Below are positions 58,959-64,000 of a DNA stretch of 64,000 nucleotides, in pieces (the first letter of the stretch is position 1; each line of letters starts with the position of its first letter). Both the position numbers and the translations under genes were made by a program. The DNA is from the human T2T-CHM13v2.0 reference genome, Homo sapiens, in NCBI GenBank assembly GCA_009914755.4, contig CP068257.2:8928001-8992000 (forward strand). The letters are read 5' to 3'. The notes beneath the pieces were generated by a model. The model saw only the letters and a list, made by a program, of their open reading frames with translations. It had not been told where the DNA came from and made no database searches.

Positions 58959-61900
58959 TTCCATTCCATTCCCTTTGATTGCATTCCATTCCATTCCATT
59001 TCATTCCAATCGAGTACACTCCAATTACTTCCATTCCACCCTATTCCTTTCCACTCCATTCCACTTTGGTCCATTCCACTTCACCGCATGCCATTTGATT
59101 CCATTCGATTCCATTCCACTCCATTCCATTCGATTTTATTCCATTCGATTCCATTCCATTTGAGTCCATTCCATTCAAGTCCATTCCATTCCATTCCATT
59201 CTAGTCCATTCCATTCCAGTGCATTCCACTCCACTCCACTCCGCTACAACCCGTTCAGTTCCATTCCTTCTCATTGCATTTCAATTCCACTCCATTCCAC
59301 TCCACTCCAGTAATTTCTATTTAATTCTATTTGACTCCATTCAATTCCACTCCATTCTGCTCCACACCACTCCACTTCACCACATTCCATTCCATTCTAT
59401 TCGCTGCCATTCGATTTTATTCCATTCGAGTCCATTCTACTCCAGTCCATTCTATTCACCTGCATTCCATTCGAGTCCATTTAATTCCATTCCATTTAAT
59501 TTGATTCCACTCCATTCGATTACATTCCATTCGTGTCTATGCCATTCTGGTTCATTCTAATTGAGTCCATTCCATTCGATCCCATTTCGTTTCATTTCAT
59601 TTCATTTCATTCGATTATATTCAATTCCGTTCCATTCTAGTCTATTCCATTCCAGTCCATTCCATTCGAGTGCATTTATTCTATTCCTTTCCATTCGAGT
59701 CTGTGCCATTCCATTCCATTCCATTCCATTGAATTCAATTCCTCTCCACATCACTGCACTCCTCTGCACTCCATTCCATTTCATTCCATTGTATTTCTAT
59801 CCATTCCTCTCCAATCCAGTCTGATCAATTCCATTCCTTCTCACTCCATTCCATTCCACTCCATTCCCTTCCACTCCACTACACTCCATTCTATTCCATT
59901 CCTCCCCATTCCATTCCAGTGTATTCCACTCCATTCCACTCCACCAAATTCCATTCAATTCCATTCGTTTCCATTCTACTCTATTCAATTCCATTCCATT
60001 CGAGGCCATTCCATTCCATTCGGTGTCAATCCACTCCTGTCCATTCCACTCCACTCCCTTCCACTCCACTCTGTTCAGTGCCATTCCTTCCCTTTCCATT
60101 CCATTCCACTCCATTCCACTCCACGCCACTTATCCGCATTCCATTTGATTATTTTCAATGCCATTGGATTCTATTCGATTCGATTCCATTCATTTGATTC
60201 CATTCCATTCGAATCCATTCCTTTCGATTCCATACCATTCGATTCCATTCTATTCGATTCAATTCAATTCAATTCAATTCCATTAGATTTCATTCCATTC
60301 GATTCCATTTCATTCGATTCCATTCCATTCAAGTCCATTCCATTACAGTCTATTCTATTCGACTCCATTCCATTCCAGTCCATTCTATTCGAGTCCATGA
60401 CATTTAATTCCATTGCATTTTTTTCCATTCCTCTCCTCTCCACCCCTTTCAACTCCAATCCTCTCCTTTAAATTCCATTCCATTTCATTAGATTAAATTC
60501 CACTCGACTCCACTCCATCTCACCCCAATCCAGTCCATTCCATTCCAATCCTTTCCACTCCATTTTACACCATTGCATTCCAATCCATTCAGTTCCATTC
60601 CATTGAATTCCATTCTTCTCCACTCCAATCCACTCCGTTCAATTCCATTCCTTCCCATTCCTTTCCATTCCACTCCATTCTACTCCACTCCACTAAATTC
60701 CACTCAATTCCATTCTACCCCATTCCATTCCACTCCATTCCACTCCACTCCACTCCTCTTTACCGTATTCATTTCGATTCCTTTCAATGCCATTTGAGTC
60801 CATTCAATTCGAGTCCATTCCATTCCAGTCCAATCCATTCGAGTCCATTGCCTTAGAGTGCATTTGTTTCCATTCCATTCCATTCGATTCCATTCCATTC
60901 CATTCCATTCCATTCCATTCCATTCGAGTCCATTCCATTCCGATCAATTCTATTCAAGTCTATTCCCTTCTAGTCCATTTCATTCCATTCCATTCCACTA
61001 TATTCGATTCCATTCCATTCGTGTCCATTCAATTTCAGTCTGTTCCATTTGACTCCATTGCATTCTAGTCTATTCCATTCAACTCCATTCCATTTCTTTG
61101 GATTCCATTCCATTCCATTCCATTCCATTCAGTTCCACTCCTCATCACTGCACTCCTCTCCACTCCATTCCATTCCATTCCATTACATTTCAGCCCACTG
61201 CAGTCCAATCCACTCCACTGTGTTCAATTCCATTCCTTCTCATTCCATTCCATTCCAATCTATTCTCCTCCACTCCACTCCATTCTATGCCATTCAACCC
61301 CATTCCATTCCACTCAATTACACTCCACTCCACTTCACCGAATTCTATTAGTTTCTGTTCTATTCCATTCTACTCCATTCGATTCCATTCCAGGACATTC
61401 CATTCCAGTCCATTCCACTCAGCTCCATTCCACTCCACTCCGTTCTGTTCCATTCCTTCCCATTCCTTTCCATTTCACTCCATTCCACTCCACTCCACTA
61501 CACTCCATTCAATTCCACTCCACTCCATTCCATTCCACTCCATTCCACTCCTCTCCCCTCCACTTCTCCGTAGTCCATTTCATTCTATTCAATGCCATTA
61601 TATTCCATTTGATTAGATTCCATTCCATTTCATTCCATTCCATTCCATTCCATGCCTTTTGAATCCATTCCATTCAAATCCATTCCATTTGAATCAATTC
61701 TACACGATTCCATTCCATTAGATTCCATTCCATTCGATTCCATTCCTTTTGAATCCATTCCATTCGAGTCCATTCCATTCCACTCCATTTCATAGAAGTC
61801 CATTCCATTCGAGTCCATTCCATTCCATTCCAACCTATTCCATTCCATTCCATTCCATTCGAGTCCGTTCCATTTGAGTCAATCCCATTCGAGTCCATTT

Positions 61901-64000
61901 CATTTCAGTCCAGTCCATTCAACTACATTCTATTCCATTCCATTGCATTCCATTCCTTTCCATTCAATTAGAGTCCGTTTCATTCTTGTCAATTCCATTG
62001 GAGTCCATTCCATTTCAGTACATTCCATTTGACTCCATTCCATTCCGTTCCATTCCACTCCATTCCTATCCATTCCATTCCGCTCCATTCCAATCCATTC
62101 CATTTGATTCCATTCCATTCAATTCCAGTCCAATCCATTCCAGGACAATCCACTCCACTCTACTCCACTCAGTTCAATTTAATTCATTCCCATTCCATTC
62201 CTTTCCACTCCATTACATTCCATTCCACTCCTCTCCACTCCATTCCTCTCCACTCCACTCCAATTCACTGCATTCCATTGGATTCCTTTCAATACCATTC
62301 GATTCCATTCCATTTGATTCCATTCCATTCTATTCCCTTCCGTTTGATTCCATTCCATTCCAGTCCATTCCATTCGATTCCATTCCATTCAATTCCATTC
62401 CATTTCATTCCATTCGATTCCTTTCATTTCCATTACATCCCATTCCATTCCATTCCTGTCCATTCCATTCCTTTCCATTCCATTGCATTCCATTGCATTG
62501 CATTCCATTCCATTCCATTCCATTCCTTTTGATTCAATTGCACTCCATTCCTTTCCATTCCGTTCCATTTGATTCCATTCCATTCCATTCCTTTCGACTC
62601 CATTCCATTCGAGTCCATTCCATTCAATTCCATTCCATTCATTTCCATTCCATTCCATTAGATTCTATTGCATTCCATTCCTTTCCATTCCATTCCGTTC
62701 TAGTACATTCCATTCTGTTGCATTCCATTCCTTTCCAATAGAATCCTTTCCATTGGTATCAATTCCATTCGAGTCCATTCCATTTCAGTCCATTCCTTTT
62801 GACTGCATTCCATTCCATTCCATTCCATTCTTATCCATTCCATTTGATTACATTCCACTCCAATCCATTCCAGTACATTCCACTCCAATCCACTCCACTC
62901 CTCTCAGATCAATTCCATTCCTTCTCATTTCATTACTTTCCACTCAATTCCACTCCATTCTACTTCACTCCATTCCATTTCACTGCATTCTACTGCACTC
63001 CACTTCATCGCATTCCATTGGATTCCATTCAATGCCATTCGATTCCATTCCATTCGATTCCATTCCATTCAACTCCCTTACATTTTATTCCGTTTCATTC
63101 CTGTCCATTCCATTCGATTCCATTCCATTTGATTCCATTCCGTTAGATCCCATTCCATTCGATTCCATTCCATTCGATCCCATTCCATTCCATTCCTTTT
63201 GATTGCATTCTATTCCATTCCATTCCATTCCATTCCATTCCTGTCCATTCCATACAATTCATGTCCGTTCCATTCCATTTGATTCCATTTGATTGCATCA
63301 CATTCAATTCCATTCCATTCCACTCGATTCCTTTCCATTCGATTCAATTCCATTCCATTCCATTCCATTGAACTCCATTCCATTGCAATCCATTCCATTC
63401 CATTCCATTGTTTTCCATTCCTTTCCTTTCCATTCCATTCGATTCTATTCCATTCGAGTCCATTCCATTCAATTCCATTCCATTTGTTTCCTTTCCATTC
63501 CATTCTGTCTTGTTGTATTCATTTCGATTCCATAACTTTCCATTCCAGTGCATTCCATTCCACTCCACTCCCCTCCACTGAATTCAATTCTATTCCTTCC
63601 CATTCCATTAAATTCCACTCCATTCCACTCCACTCTACTCCATTCAATTCCATTCCACCCCATTCCATTCCACTCCATTCCACTCCACTCCTCTCCACTT
63701 CACCGTATTCCATTTGTTTCCAATTGATGACATTCAATTCCGTTCAATTCAATTCCATTCCATTCGTTTCTATTCCTTTCGATCACATTCAATTCGATTC
63801 CATTCCATTCGATTCCATTCCTTGTGATTCCATTCCATTCCATCATATTCCATTTGATTCCATTTCATTTGATTCCATTCCATCTGATTCGATTACATTC
63901 TATTCCATTCCATTCCATTCCATTCCATTCCATTCCATTTCATTCCATTTCATTATGTTCGATTCCATTTCATTCGAGTCCATTCCATTCGAGTCCATTT

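Larger units (their letters stand above)
27581..64000 (+). repeat. Satellite array, HSat2/3-like subtype II: mixed (CATTC)n/(CACTC)n organised into variable-length modules (about 0.3-1.5 kb) delimited by a conserved boundary motif (..CACTTCACCGCATTCCATTCGATTCCATTCGATGCCATTCGATTCC..).
   Basis: CCACTCCACTCCATTCC tracts dominate, giving ORF peptides HSTPLHSTPFHS. A GATGCC / CAATGCC-containing marker recurs at about 28.98, 29.68, 30.50, 31.25, 32.39, 32.83, 33.15, 33.95, 34.66, 35.16, 36.29, 37.02, 37.87, 38.28, 38.81, 38.99, 39.83, 41.96, 43.13, 43.68, 44.09, 44.90, 45.94, 47.27, 47.77, 49.25, 50.36, 52.54, 55.01, 55.62, 57.12, 58.16, 60.16, 60.79, 61.59, 63.03 and 63.72 kb. Confidence 0.85.

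Noticed and set aside
1-64000. Possibility of a CRISPR array or other prokaryotic repeat-based system, since the prompt suggested a hidden biological system.
   Set aside because: The repeats are 5-bp units in head-to-tail tandem with no unique spacers of defined length. There are no flanking cas-like ORFs or any complex-composition ORFs, and the composition and motif (GGAAT)n are diagnostic of hominoid satellite II/III. Nothing supports a prokaryotic or defence-system interpretation.
1-64000. Alpha satellite, beta satellite, HSat1, gamma satellite or telomeric repeat.
   Set aside because: There is no 171-bp AT-rich monomer periodicity, no 68-bp or 42-bp units, and no TTAGGG. The basic period is 5 bp, CATTC, throughout.
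1-64000. CATTCC / GGAATG as dense TEAD (M-CAT) transcription-factor motifs implying regulatory function.
   Set aside because: The motif match is a trivial consequence of the satellite unit itself. There is no evidence in the sequence for regulatory-element organisation, so this is not reported as a feature.

Overview
All 64 kb is tandem satellite DNA built on the pentamer CATTC on the + strand, which is (GGAAT)n on the - strand. This is the signature of the hominoid (human-type) satellite II/III family (HSat2/HSat3) found in pericentromeric heterochromatin. I see no protein-coding genes, RNA genes, transposons, CRISPR arrays, or any prokaryote-style defence or biosynthetic system, and I report none. 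The supplied ORFs are artefacts: the + strand is almost free of G, so the stop codons TAG and TGA are nearly absent, and the 5-nt repeat read in a 15-nt frame gives periodic pentapeptides (HSIPF.., HSTPL.. on +; MEWNG.. on -). The window holds two distinct satellite subtypes joined at about 27.58-27.79 kb. Subtype I (1 to about 27.58 kb) is (CATTC)n punctuated by TCGAGTCC / TCGGGTCC / TTTGAGTCC variant units, with irregular multi-kb higher-order structure shown by long dispersed duplicates and recurring landmark blocks. Subtype II (about 27.58 to 64 kb) mixes CATTC with CACTC pentamers. It is organised into variable-length modules of about 0.3-1.5 kb. Each module starts with a CGATTCC-rich, CpG-rich, HSat2-like stretch. 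It then grades into CATTCC and CACTCC tracts. It ends with a conserved boundary motif, roughly CACTTCACCGCATTCCATTCGATTCCATTCGATGCCATTCGATTCC. There are also local tandem duplications of about 26-170 bp, pure (CATTC)10-14 runs, and a few atypical non-pentameric insertions. I cannot assign a chromosome or an HSat3 sub-family without a database search. The whole window keeps one orientation, with no inversions. The most useful observations are the subtype junction, the modular gradient architecture of subtype II, and the irregular higher-order repeats in subtype I.
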